From positions 4,267 through 68,266 of the forward strand of contig JABDGY010000003.1 of assembly GCA_013285805.1 (NCBI GenBank): a DNA stretch of 64,000 nt, written 5' to 3'. Positions within the stretch are counted from its first letter, which is position 1, and each line of letters starts with the position of its first letter. The stretch is from Bacteroidota bacterium. Its GTDB lineage: Bacteria; Bacteroidota; Bacteroidia; JABEUT01. The notes below the pieces were generated by a model, which had not been told where the DNA came from, ran no database searches, and saw only the letters and a program-made list of their open reading frames with translations. Positions 53,937-63,522 of the stretch are shown here, in pieces. The translations under genes and the position numbers were made by a program.

Positions 53937-54746
53937 ATGGATTACTATAAAATACTAGAAGGTACAGGATTAAGCTTGCTTTTCCTGGCTCTGGTATTTA
54001 TACCCATGGAGAAGGTGTTTCCGGCCAAAGCAAAACAGAAGACTTTCCGCCCTCATTGGTTCACCGACTTGTGTTATATGCTTGGCCAGTACTTCCTCTG
54101 GGGGTTCCTTGTTATATGGGCATTAAGCTACTTCAGTTTCTGGTTAGATGATATTGTTCCCCAGGCTTTCAGGCACAAAATACAGTCGCAGGCAATTTGG
54201 CTTCAGGCCATTGAAGTACTTGTATTGAGCGATTTCATTATATACTGGGGCCACAGGTTGCAGCATAATGTTGGTTTCTTATGGCGCTTTCATAAGGTGC
54301 ACCATAGCGCCGAACACCTCGACTGGTTGGCCGCATACCGTGAACATCCTCTCGATTCAATATACACCATAGGGCTGATTAACCTACCTGCCTTTATTTT
54401 AGGCTTCCCGCTTGAAACTATAGCAGGCATAATTGCTTTCAGGGGGATATGGGCCATTTACATACATTCTAACGTAAGGCTACCACTTAAGCCTATACGC
54501 TGGCTCATTGGTTCGCCCGAGCTGCACCACTGGCACCACGATGTGCAGCGCGACAGGGGCAACTATGCCAATATTTCTCCGCTAATGGATATTATTTTCG
54601 GTACCTATGTTTGCCCCGACCATGAGCCTGAAGCTTTTGGCATAAAGGAGGTATTTCCTAAAAGCTATGTTAAGCAATTGCTGCACCCTATTTTACCCAA
54701 AAAATTGGGGGAAAAACTTATAAAACCCACTCCTCCCGCACAGTAG
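53937..54746 (+). CDS. Fatty acid hydroxylase / sterol desaturase family membrane protein
   Basis: It has three histidine boxes: HRLQH, HKVHH and HHWHH. Confidence 0.85.
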   Translation: MDYYKILEGTGLSLLFLALVFIPMEKVFPAKAKQKTFRPHWFTDLCYMLGQYFLWGFLVIWALSYFSFWLDDIVPQAFRHKIQSQAIWLQAIEVLVLSDFIIYWGHRLQHNVGFLWRFHKVHHSAEHLDWLAAYREHPLDSIYTIGLINLPAFILGFPLETIAGIIAFRGIWAIYIHSNVRLPLKPIRWLIGSPELHHWHHDVQRDRGNYANISPLMDIIFGTYVCPDHEPEAFGIKEVFPKSYVKQLLHPILPKKLGEKLIKPTPPAQ

Positions 54747-54761
54747 GAAAACATGTAAATG

Positions 54762-54861
54762 ATGGGTAGCAATGGGTAGCAGTTCTGGCTTGTTATTTTT
54801 AATTAACGTATTGATATTCAGCAATATTTATGGGTATCACCCCTCAAAAAGTGCTACCCAT
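54762..54861. repeat. Cluster of the 10-mer ATGGGTAGCA (two tandem, one 9/10 copy, one inverted)
   Basis: 54762-54771 and 54772-54781 are perfect tandem copies. 54830-54839 reads ATGGGTATCA. 54852-54861 reads TGCTACCCAT, the reverse complement. The last two form an 11-bp-arm hairpin with one mismatch. Confidence 0.7.
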
Positions 54862-54908
54862 GATTTGCTAAGAGTTTTAGCAAGGAGTGATACTACTAAT
54901 CCAAATAT

Positions 54909-55277
54909 TCAAAAGCATATATCACAGAAATACGTTCCCCTTTTAATAAATTTACAGTTTTTATCAAAATAGAAATAATCTACTTCATCTAGCACATAAT
55001 GGGTCGCGTATCCTAATACAATATAAAAAGTATTTCCTGCAGAATCAGCACCCATCAATCCTTGTCTGGTAAATATAGAATAGGAAATCTTGGAAAAATA
55101 TGATTTAATCTTTCGAGGTATTGCTTTTTTATCTATCGTATCTACACTTTTAAATTTGTAACAACATGAATCAAGCATTTGCTTGATCATTGGATCTTCC
55201 GCTATGGAAGTACTCTGCTTCTGTGCTGATGCTAAACAAGGGAAAAGAAATAATATGTATAGAATTTTTCTTATCAT
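54909..55277 (-). CDS. Small secreted protein, uncharacterised
   Basis: About 122 aa counted from the ATG at 55277 (MIRKILYILFLFPCLASAQ), with a signal peptide and several Cys residues. Confidence 0.5.
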   Translation of the reverse strand: MIRKILYILFLFPCLASAQKQSTSIAEDPMIKQMLDSCCYKFKSVDTIDKKAIPRKIKSYFSKISYSIFTRQGLMGADSAGNTFYIVLGYATHYVLDEVDYFYFDKNCKFIKRGTYFCDICF

Positions 55278-55382
55278 GTGGTAAATAACGATATGCAATA
55301 TAGGAAAGAAACGGTGAAAGAGCAAAAGGCATAGGCTAAAGTTTAGGCCACTATGGTGGTTCCTTAGGTAATTTAAAGGTAT

Positions 55383-55417
55383 TAATCTTAATTCTTAATA
55401 CCTAATACTTGATACTA
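55383..55417 (-). repeat. Heptamer array TAATCTT AATTCTT AATACCT AATACTT GATACTA
   Basis: Read directly from the sequence. The reverse complement GTATTAGGTATTAAGAATTAAG resembles 6167-6180 GTATTAGGAATTAA. Confidence 0.6.
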
Positions 55418-55432
55418 ATTAAGAAATTTGTA

Positions 55433-55440
55433 TATATTTG
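55433..55440 (+). promoter_or_regulatory. Candidate -7 box TATATTTG for rimP-nusA-infB
   Basis: Matches TAnnTTTG and lies about 65 nt before the rimP ATG at 55506. Confidence 0.45.
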
Positions 55441-55466
55441 CATCCGAAATAGATAAAAGAACTGGT

Positions 55467-55495
55467 AGGAGGGGCTAAAAACGACCTCCTTTTTT
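55467..55495 (+). terminator. Leader hairpin plus T-tract between the promoter and rimP (possible attenuator)
   Basis: AGGAGG (55467-55472) pairs with CCTCCT (55485-55490) across a 12-nt loop, followed by TTTTT. It lies inside the predicted 5' leader. Confidence 0.35.
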
Positions 55496-55505
55496 GTTGT
55501 ATAAA

Positions 55506-55952
55506 ATGGACATTTTTGAACGTATAGAAGCGTTTTTCAGGGAACAGGAAAGTATGGGTTACTTCCTGGTTGAAATAAAGTCGTTGCCGGGCCAGCGTAT
55601 ACTTATTTATACCGATAGTATCAAAGGTATATCAATAGATGAATGCAGCGCCCTGCACCGCAAGCTTATTGAAAGCCTTGGCGAAGCGGCTGACGCTTAT
55701 GAGATTACCGTTTCATCGCCCGGGCTTGATGAACCCTTTAAAGTAGCCGACCAGTATGTAAAGAGCATTGGCAAAACAGTTGACGTGCTTACTTACGGAG
55801 GGCAGAAATTTAACGGAACACTTACATCGTTCAGCCCTGAAAATATAAGTATTGAAGAACATAAAAAAGCAGAAACACTGGTACACACATTTGAATTGCA
55901 GGACATAAAATCGACCCGGTTATCCATATCTTTTAAAAATCATAAACAATGA
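55506..55952 (+). CDS. rimP: Ribosome maturation factor RimP
   Basis: It has the block ITVSSPGLDEPFK (the SSPGLDRPL-type signature) and sits upstream of nusA. The ATG at 55506 is preferred over the TTG at 55494. Confidence 0.85.
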   Translation: MDIFERIEAFFREQESMGYFLVEIKSLPGQRILIYTDSIKGISIDECSALHRKLIESLGEAADAYEITVSSPGLDEPFKVADQYVKSIGKTVDVLTYGGQKFNGTLTSFSPENISIEEHKKAETLVHTFELQDIKSTRLSISFKNHKQ

Positions 55953-57226
55953 CAAAGACCCTTAAAAACGAGGTAGCGCAAAAAGAAGCTACGCACCTTA
56001 ACATTATCGAGTCATTTTCTGAATTTAAGGAAATGAAAAACATTGATAAGGCCACCCTTATGAATGTGATAGAGGATGTATTTAAATCTATGCTCCGTAA
56101 ACGTTACGAGACAGATGAAAACTTCGATATAATTGTTAACCCCGATAAGGGCGACGTGGAAATATACCGCAACCGTACTATAGTAGAAGACGGGCAGGTA
56201 GAAAACCCGAATACGCAGATTGCTTATTCTGATGCCATTAAAATTGAGCCTGACTTTGAAGTAGGCGAAGATGTATCGGAGCCGGTAAAATTCCTCGATT
56301 TCAGCCGCAGGGCCATTTTGGCCGTAAGGCAGAACCTCAGCTCGCGCATTTCTCAATTAGAGAAAGAATCGTTGTTCAAAAAATATAAAGAAAAAGAAGG
56401 CGATATAGTAAGCGGCGAAGTTTACCAGATTTGGAAAAAAGAAATCCTTATTATGGATGATGAAGGCAACGAACTTATCATGCCTCGCACAGAGCAGATT
56501 CCTTCTGACTTTTTCAAGAAGGGCGACACTATTCGTGCCGTTGTTTCTAAAGTTGATATGAACGGAACTACTCCGGTAATTACATTATCACGCACATCAC
56601 CTCTTTTCCTTGAGCGTTTATTCGAAATGGAAGTTCCTGAAATTTTCGATGGGCTTATTACCATTAAGAAAATTGTTCGCGAACCCGGAGAAAGGGCAAA
56701 AGTCGCGGTTGAATCGTACGACGACCGTATTGACCCTGTTGGAGCCTGCGTAGGTGTGAAAGGTTCACGTATCCACGGCATTGTTCGTGAGTTGAAGAAC
56801 GAAAACATCGACGTTATTAACTATACCACCAACCCTACCCTTCTTATCACCAGGGCGCTTAACCCGGCTAAGATTACAACTATTAAGATAGAAGAAGAGA
56901 AGAAACACGCCGATGTGTTCCTTAAGCCCGACCAGGTATCTTTGGCTATCGGTAAAGGCGGCCACAATATTCGTTTGGCTGCAAGGCTTACCGGTTATGA
57001 AATAGATGTGTACAGGGATGCAGAAAATTATACCGAAGACGTTCCGCTGGAAGAATTTGCAGATGAAATTGAAAGCTGGATACTCGACGAGCTTAAATCT
57101 ATCGGTTGCGATACAGCTAAGAGCGTACTTGAATTAAGCGCGGAAGAATTAGTGAAGAGAACAGATTTAGAAGAAGAGACTATTAAGGAAGTGCGCAGCA
57201 TATTGCAGAAAGAATTTGAAGGCTAA
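55949..57226 (+). CDS. nusA: Transcription termination/antitermination factor NusA
   Basis: 425 aa with N-terminal, S1 (IVSGEVYQIWKKEILI) and two KH domains (GACVGVKGSRI, IGKGGHNIRLA). Confidence 0.95.
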   Translation: MTKTLKNEVAQKEATHLNIIESFSEFKEMKNIDKATLMNVIEDVFKSMLRKRYETDENFDIIVNPDKGDVEIYRNRTIVEDGQVENPNTQIAYSDAIKIEPDFEVGEDVSEPVKFLDFSRRAILAVRQNLSSRISQLEKESLFKKYKEKEGDIVSGEVYQIWKKEILIMDDEGNELIMPRTEQIPSDFFKKGDTIRAVVSKVDMNGTTPVITLSRTSPLFLERLFEMEVPEIFDGLITIKKIVREPGERAKVAVESYDDRIDPVGACVGVKGSRIHGIVRELKNENIDVINYTTNPTLLITRALNPAKITTIKIEEEKKHADVFLKPDQVSLAIGKGGHNIRLAARLTGYEIDVYRDAENYTEDVPLEEFADEIESWILDELKSIGCDTAKSVLELSAEELVKRTDLEEETIKEVRSILQKEFEG

Positions 57227-57250
57227 ACGGTAAAACCCCACAAAATAAGT

Positions 57251-59917
57251 ATGGCAGAAGGTAAACATAGATTAAGTAAAGTAGCAAAGGAGCTCAACGT
57301 TAGCGTAAGCACGCTTGCCGATTTCCTTAACGCCAATGGCGCTAAGGTGGAAAGCAACCCGAACGCAAAAATTACAGACGAGCAATACGATGCTGCGCTT
57401 AAAGAATATGAAGGCGAAAAGAAAGTAAAAGCTGAAGCGAAACAGCTTCAGAGCGAGAAAGCCATATTTGCACCGGTTGAAGAAGTAGTAGTAGCGCCCC
57501 CTGTTAAGAAGAAAGCACAGGAAGAGGTGGTTGTAAAGGATGTGCATGCTGTTGAACCAAGAGAAAAGGTTAAGATTGAAGAGCCAAAGATTATCAGCAA
57601 AATAGATATTGACGCTATTACACCGCCTAAGAAAGGAAAGGGCAAAAAGAAAGAAGAAGAAAAAGAAAAGCCGAAAGAAGTTGAGCCTGAGAAACCAAAG
57701 GCAAAAGAAGAGCCACCTGTAAAAGAAAAAGAAGCTCCTCCGCTGCCTGAAAGACCGAAAGAAGATTTTGTACCGACACAGTTTAGCAAGCTTGAAGGGC
57801 CTACCATTATTGGTAAAATAGACCTGCCGCAAAAACCGGTGGCATCTTCAAATGTTGCCCCCGCACATAAGGACCAGGGAGCAGGTAAAAAGAGGAAACG
57901 AATATTCAAAAAGGAATACAGCCGTGAAAACCTTCAGGAAGGCGGAGCACCGGGAACAACCCCTAAGAAAGATCAGAAAGGGCCACCAAGGCGCGATGTA
58001 CCCCGTGCTGAACTAACCGATGAAGAAATTCAGGCACAGATAAAAGAAACCCTCGCCCGCCTTAGCGGACAAGGTGGTAAATCGAAAGCTGCAAAATATC
58101 GCCGTGCAAAACGCGAGCTGATAAATGAAAAAATGCAGCAGGAAGCTGAAAAGCTGGAACAGGATAAGAAGACTATCCAGGTTACCGAGTTCGTTTCGGC
58201 CAATGAATTGGCCAAAATGATGAATACTCCTATACAGGATATTATTTCTACCTGTATGAGTTTGGGCCTTTTCGTTTCCATTAACCAGAGGCTCGATGCA
58301 GAAACAATAAGTATTGTGGCGCAGGAATTTGGTTTCGATGTTGAATTTGTGAGTGTTGATGTGCAGGAAGCTATTAAAGTAGAAGAAGATAAACCGGAAG
58401 ACCTCTTGCCCCGTTCGCCTATTGTTACGGTAATGGGACACGTTGACCATGGTAAAACTTCATTGCTTGACCATATTCGTAAAACAAATGTTATTGCCGG
58501 TGAAGCCGGTGGTATTACCCAGCACATTGGCGCGTATAACGTTACATTGGAGAATGGTAAAAAGATAACTTTCCTTGATACTCCAGGTCACGAAGCGTTT
58601 ACCGCTATGCGTGCACGTGGCGCACAGGTAACTGACATTGCCATTATTATGGTTGCTGCAGACGATGGTGTGATGCCCCAGACAACTGAGGCTATTAACC
58701 ACGCACAGGCTGCAGGCGTACCTATGGTATTTGCCATTAATAAGATTGATAAGCCCGGAGCCAACCCCAATAAGATAAAAGAAACGCTTGCCGGTATGAA
58801 TATACTAGTGGAAGACTGGGGTGGAAAATTCCAGTGCCAGGAAATATCGGCCAAGAAAGGAACAGGCATAAATGAGCTGCTTGAAAAAGTATTGCTTGAA
58901 GCTGAACTACTGGATTTAAAAGCTAACCCGAATAAAAAAGCTAACGGAGTAGTTATAGAATCGGCCTTAGATAAAGGTAAAGGATATGTAACAACAGTAC
59001 TGGTTGAAGGCGGTACATTAAGAGTAGGCGATGTAATAGTGGCAGGTTGCTTTAATGGCAAGGTAAAAGCTATGCACAATGAGCGTAGTTTGCCAATTGC
59101 TGAAGCAACTCCTGCAATGCCGGCCCTTATATTAGGTTTAGATGGTGCTCCTCAGGCGGGTGACCAGTTCCATATTGTAGGTTCGGAGTCGGAAGCACGT
59201 GAAATTGCTAACAAGCGTTTGCAATTACAGCGTGAACAAGGCCTCAAGACCAGGAAACATATTACGCTTGATGAAATAGGGCGCCGTTTGGCAATAGGCG
59301 ACTTTAAAGAATTGAACGTTATTGTAAAAGGTGACTTCGACGGTTCTATTGAAGCGTTGTCTGATTCATTATTGAAATTATCGAACCAAAAGATACAGGT
59401 AAACATTGTACACAAGGGTGTGGGTGCGATTACAGAATCTGATGTATTGCTTGCATCGGCATCAAATGCCATTATACTTGGTTTCCAGGTAAGGCCTTCG
59501 GTAAGTGCACGTAAGCTGGCTGAACAGGAACAGATTGATATTCGCCTCTACTCTATCATATACAACGCTATTGAAGAAGTGCGCACCGCTATGGAGGGTA
59601 TGTTAAGCCCTGAAGTACAGGAAAAAATTACCTGCAACATAGAAGTACGTGAAGTATTCAATGTATCGAAAGTTGGTACTGTAGCAGGTTGTATGGTATT
59701 GAATGGCAAGGTAACCCGTAACACAAAAGTTCGTGTAATCCGCGATGGTATAGTGCTGCACAGTGGTGAGCTTGGCTCATTGAAACGCTTTAAGGACGAT
59801 GTGAAAGAAGTTGTTTCAGGATATGAGTGCGGTCTTAACATCAATAAGTTCGACGATATTAAAATCGGCGATATTATTGAAGGATACGAACAGGTTGAGG
59901 TTAAAGCCAAGCTGTAA
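57251..59917 (+). CDS. infB: Translation initiation factor IF-2
   Basis: 888 aa with a K/E/P-rich N-terminal region and the G-domain motifs [20 protein letters not shown] and NKID. Confidence 0.95.
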   Translation: MAEGKHRLSKVAKELNVSVSTLADFLNANGAKVESNPNAKITDEQYDAALKEYEGEKKVKAEAKQLQSEKAIFAPVEEVVVAPPVKKKAQEEVVVKDVHAVEPREKVKIEEPKIISKIDIDAITPPKKGKGKKKEEEKEKPKEVEPEKPKAKEEPPVKEKEAPPLPERPKEDFVPTQFSKLEGPTIIGKIDLPQKPVASSNVAPAHKDQGAGKKRKRIFKKEYSRENLQEGGAPGTTPKKDQKGPPRRDVPRAELTDEEIQAQIKETLARLSGQGGKSKAAKYRRAKRELINEKMQQEAEKLEQDKKTIQVTEFVSANELAKMMNTPIQDIISTCMSLGLFVSINQRLDAETISIVAQEFGFDVEFVSVDVQEAIKVEEDKPEDLLPRSPIVTVMGHVDHGKTSLLDHIRKTNVIAGEAGGITQHIGAYNVTLENGKKITFLDTPGHEAFTAMRARGAQVTDIAIIMVAADDGVMPQTTEAINHAQAAGVPMVFAINKIDKPGANPNKIKETLAGMNILVEDWGGKFQCQEISAKKGTGINELLEKVLLEAELLDLKANPNKKANGVVIESALDKGKGYVTTVLVEGGTLRVGDVIVAGCFNGKVKAMHNERSLPIAEATPAMPALILGLDGAPQAGDQFHIVGSESEAREIANKRLQLQREQGLKTRKHITLDEIGRRLAIGDFKELNVIVKGDFDGSIEALSDSLLKLSNQKIQVNIVHKGVGAITESDVLLASASNAIILGFQVRPSVSARKLAEQEQIDIRLYSIIYNAIEEVRTAMEGMLSPEVQEKITCNIEVREVFNVSKVGTVAGCMVLNGKVTRNTKVRVIRDGIVLHSGELGSLKRFKDDVKEVVSGYECGLNINKFDDIKIGDIIEGYEQVEVKAKL

Positions 59918-59934
59918 AATCTTCCGGACCATTT

Positions 59935-60594
59935 ATGGATTCTCTCTCCCTCACTGAACGTTATTTATCGGTAAGGAAAAGTATTCCTTCCCATGTAACA
60001 TTGGTGGCGGTATCGAAGTTTCACCCGGTTGAAGCTATTAAAACTGTTTATGATGCAGGCCAACGAGTATTCGGTGAAAACCGTGTACAGGAATTAGTAG
60101 AGAAACAACCCCGTCTACCCTCTGATATTCAATGGCACCTGATTGGCACATTACAGACTAACAAAGTAAAATATATTGCCGGTTTTGTTTCACTTATTCA
60201 TTCTATCGATAGTCTGAAACTACTTACCGAAATTGACAAGCAGGCAATGAAATATAACCGTATTATAGATTGCTTGCTTGAAATGTATATTGCAGAGGAA
60301 GAAAGTAAACATGGGCTTTCATTCACTGAGGCGGAAGAAATTCTGGGTATGCAAAACGCATTACCCAATATCCGCATAACTGGTGTAATGGGCATGGCAA
60401 CCAATACCGGTAATGTGGAACAGGTAAGGGAAGAATTCAAAAGCCTGGCAACATTCTATAATAAGCATAAGGAAAAATATAATCTTCAGCACCTTTCAAT
60501 GGGCATGAGCGGAGATTACCAAATAGCCATTGAAGAAGGCAGCAATATGGTGCGCATTGGCAGCAGTATTTTCGGGGAAAGAAAGCCCGCCTGA
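59935..60594 (+). CDS. YggS-family pyridoxal-phosphate homeostasis protein
   Basis: 219 aa with LVAVSKFHP (PLP lysine), FGENRVQE and HLSMGMSGDY. Confidence 0.88.
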   Translation: MDSLSLTERYLSVRKSIPSHVTLVAVSKFHPVEAIKTVYDAGQRVFGENRVQELVEKQPRLPSDIQWHLIGTLQTNKVKYIAGFVSLIHSIDSLKLLTEIDKQAMKYNRIIDCLLEMYIAEEESKHGLSFTEAEEILGMQNALPNIRITGVMGMATNTGNVEQVREEFKSLATFYNKHKEKYNLQHLSMGMSGDYQIAIEEGSNMVRIGSSIFGERKPA

Positions 60595-60646
60595 GCTTAT
60601 TTATACTGTTAATAAATTAAGCCTTCCAATAACGTAAGTTTATGAG

Positions 60647-60654
60647 TATTTTTG
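60647..60654 (+). promoter_or_regulatory. Candidate -7 box TATTTTTG for dnaG
   Basis: Matches TAnnTTTG and lies 17 nt before the ATG at 60672. Confidence 0.4.
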
Positions 60655-60671
60655 CGTTATTGTAAGAGGAA

Positions 60672-62633
60672 ATGATTCCACGTGAGACGATAGACCGCAT
60701 TTTTACCACTGCCCGAATAGAGGAAGTGGTTGGCGATTTTGTTAACCTGAAAAAACGCGGAGTTAACTACTTAGGATTATGTCCGTTTCATAACGAAAAG
60801 ACGCCTTCATTTACAGTTTCTCCGGCAAAGGGAATTTACAAATGCTTTGGCTGTGCCCGTGGCGGCAATGTAGTGAATTTTGTAATGGAACATGAGCAGC
60901 TTGACTATGTGAATGCCTTGAAATATCTCGCAAAAAAATACAAAATTGAAATTGTAGAGGAGGAGCGCACGCCTGAGCAACAGGAGCAGGATAATGAGAG
61001 AGAGAGCTTAATGGTAGTCTGTTCATTCGCGCAGAAATTTTTTACTGAGCAGTTACAGACAGATACAGGCAAAGCAATAGGATTAAGCTATTTAGAAGAA
61101 CGCGGATTTAGTCAGAAAACAATAGAAGATTTTCAACTGGGATATTCACCGGAAAGCTCGAAAGCACTTATGACTGCTGCATCACAGGCGGGATATAAAC
61201 TAAAATACCTTGTTAATGCCGGGTTGGTAAGAAATAGCGATGAAAATGCCCCGCCAGGTAGCGAGCCCAACCCTGAGAAATGCTTCGATCGTTTTATAGG
61301 GCGCGTAATATTCCCCGTACATAATGTAAGCGGACGTGTTATTGCTTTTGGAGGACGTACATTACGCAAAGACAAGAACGTAGCCAAGTATGTAAACTCC
61401 CCTGAGACATTACTCTACCATAAGAGTAACGTATTGTACGGATTGAACCTGGCACGCAAAGCCATTACCGCTGAAGATATTTGCTACTTAGTAGAAGGTT
61501 ATGCCGATGTAATTTCACTGCACCAATCAGGTATTGAGAATGTAGTAGCTTCCTCGGGAACATCATTGACTATTGAACAGATAAGACTTATACGCAGGTA
61601 TACGCCTAACCTGACTATTTTATACGATGGTGATGCCGCCGGTGTAAAAGCAAGCGAACGCGGATTTAATCTTGCGTTGAAGGAAGGAATGAACGTAAAG
61701 ATTCTTACCCTGCCTGCCGAAGATGACCCTGATACATTTGCCCGGAAACATTCGCCTGAAGAGCTAAAAAACTACCTGCAAACCAAAGCGGTCGACTTCA
61801 TTGTTTTCAAAACACGTCTTTTGAAAGAAGATGCAATGAATGACCCTATTAAAAAAGCAGGGCTCATTAAAGAGATTGTGTCAACGATAGCTGTAATACC
61901 TGAACGAATTACCCGTTCGGTTTATGTAAAGGAATGCAGCCGCCTGATGGATTTGGAAGAAGATGTACTGTGGAGCGAATTGCGAACCATACGCCAGAAA
62001 ACGCTAAACGATTTCAGCGACGAAGGCATAAGGGCTAAAGCTGCTAAGCCTGCTATGGCCCAGCCTGTAGCGTATGATGTTTTTTCAGCAGAGCCGCAGG
62101 AAAAAGAAGTGATACGCGTTTTACTGAAATTTGGTAATGAGGAAACAACGTTTGTAGGTGAAGCCGAAGGTGATGAACCGCCACCTAAATTCACCATGAA
62201 AATAGCTGACTTCATTATAGAAAGTTTGAGGGAAGACAACTTTACATTGGAGAACAGCGTATGCAGAAAAATATTTGAAGAGTACTGCATAGTATACGAT
62301 AAGGGTGAACCAATTACAGAAGAGTATTTTTTACGCCATGAGGACCCTGAGATAAGTGGCATGATAACAACACTATCCGCAGAGCCTTACCACATGAGCG
62401 ACTGGAGCCGCAGAAGCATTGGTATAAAAACCGAACGCGACCACCTGACAGAGACTGTTGAAAAAGCAGTTTACCAGTTAAAGAGTCGCAAGATTGAGAA
62501 AATGATACACGATTTGCAGGAAAACCTGAAACATCCCAGCACTGATGAAGAACTAGGCCTGATGATTGAGCACAAACGCAAATTAGACACTGCCAAACGG
62601 ATGTTTAAAATTAAACTGGGGAGGGTAATTTAA
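60672..62633 (+). CDS. dnaG: DNA primase
   Basis: It has the zinc-finger block CPFHNEKTPSFTVSPAKGIYKCFGCARGGN and a TOPRIM region (LVEGYADVISL, YDGDAAG). Confidence 0.95.
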   Translation: MIPRETIDRIFTTARIEEVVGDFVNLKKRGVNYLGLCPFHNEKTPSFTVSPAKGIYKCFGCARGGNVVNFVMEHEQLDYVNALKYLAKKYKIEIVEEERTPEQQEQDNERESLMVVCSFAQKFFTEQLQTDTGKAIGLSYLEERGFSQKTIEDFQLGYSPESSKALMTAASQAGYKLKYLVNAGLVRNSDENAPPGSEPNPEKCFDRFIGRVIFPVHNVSGRVIAFGGRTLRKDKNVAKYVNSPETLLYHKSNVLYGLNLARKAITAEDICYLVEGYADVISLHQSGIENVVASSGTSLTIEQIRLIRRYTPNLTILYDGDAAGVKASERGFNLALKEGMNVKILTLPAEDDPDTFARKHSPEELKNYLQTKAVDFIVFKTRLLKEDAMNDPIKKAGLIKEIVSTIAVIPERITRSVYVKECSRLMDLEEDVLWSELRTIRQKTLNDFSDEGIRAKAAKPAMAQPVAYDVFSAEPQEKEVIRVLLKFGNEETTFVGEAEGDEPPPKFTMKIADFIIESLREDNFTLENSVCRKIFEEYCIVYDKGEPITEEYFLRHEDPEISGMITTLSAEPYHMSDWSRRSIGIKTERDHLTETVEKAVYQLKSRKIEKMIHDLQENLKHPSTDEELGLMIEHKRKLDTAKRMFKIKLGRVI

Positions 62634-62637
62634 AACT

Positions 62638-63522
62638 ATGCTAAAGGCCTCTTCCCCTGCCGTTAAGTGGATAATCTACACTGTTCTTTGCCTTATATGG
62701 GGCAGTTCATTTATTTTAATGAAACATGGGCTGGTTGTGTATACGCCAGGACAAGTGGCGGCCATTCGCATGTCGGTAGCTTTTTTGTGCCTGCTGCCAT
62801 TCGTAATAAGGCATTTGAAAGAAATCCCTAAAGAGAAGTGGAAATATGTTATAGCTGCAGGGGTGCTGGGCAATGGTATTCCATCCATATTATTTACTAC
62901 CGCTGAAACCAAGTTATCAAGCTCGGTTGCGGGTGTATTAAATGCCCTTACCCCAGTTTTCACACTGATTGTCGGCCTTATGTTCTTTAAATTCAAAACT
63001 ACAGCTACCCGTTCTTTTGGTGTCATACTTGGCTTTTCCGGTGCGGTACTTATGACTATCTATAACGCAGAAGGAAAATATGAAGGCAACTATTTATATG
63101 GCTTTCTTATTATTCTTGCCTGCATTGCATACGCATTCGATACGTTTATTCTGAACAATTACCTTATGACATTGAACCCGGTATATGTTGCCGGTTGCGC
63201 ATTATTCCTGGTCGGACCCTTTGCCATAACCTACCTTTTCACAACCGATTTTACAACAAGGCTGGCACATGATAATGGTGCGGTATTCAGCTTTTTTTGT
63301 GCCGCAGCTTTAGGGGCATTTGGTACGGCCATGGCACAGGCATTATTTAACCACATGCTAAAAATATCGTCACTGTTATTCTCGGCTTCGGTAACCTACG
63401 TAATACCTGTAGTAGCCATAGTATGGGGTATATTCGATAACGAAAAACTGGGATGGATACAGGTAATCGGCTTTGTGGCCGTTATAACAAGTGTATTCCT
63501 GATAAATACCCGAAAAACTTAA
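62638..63522 (+). CDS. DMT-superfamily (EamA-like) transporter
   Basis: 294 aa with 10 TM helices in two EamA-like halves. Confidence 0.75.
   Translation: MLKASSPAVKWIIYTVLCLIWGSSFILMKHGLVVYTPGQVAAIRMSVAFLCLLPFVIRHLKEIPKEKWKYVIAAGVLGNGIPSILFTTAETKLSSSVAGVLNALTPVFTLIVGLMFFKFKTTATRSFGVILGFSGAVLMTIYNAEGKYEGNYLYGFLIILACIAYAFDTFILNNYLMTLNPVYVAGCALFLVGPFAITYLFTTDFTTRLAHDNGAVFSFFCAAALGAFGTAMAQALFNHMLKISSLLFSASVTYVIPVVAIVWGIFDNEKLGWIQVIGFVAVITSVFLINTRKT

Noticed and set aside
54772-54972. 66-aa plus-strand ORF starting in the ATGGGTAGCA repeat
   Set aside because: Its start codon is part of the tandem 10-mer. Its 3' end overlaps the convergent secreted-protein gene, and its composition is not protein-like. 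It is treated as non-coding.
57272-57909. Two long antisense ORFs (186 aa and 153 aa) inside infB
   Set aside because: They mirror the K/E/P-rich low-complexity N-terminal region of IF-2. Their products are F/L/R- or S/G-rich nonsense, which makes them a compositional artefact.
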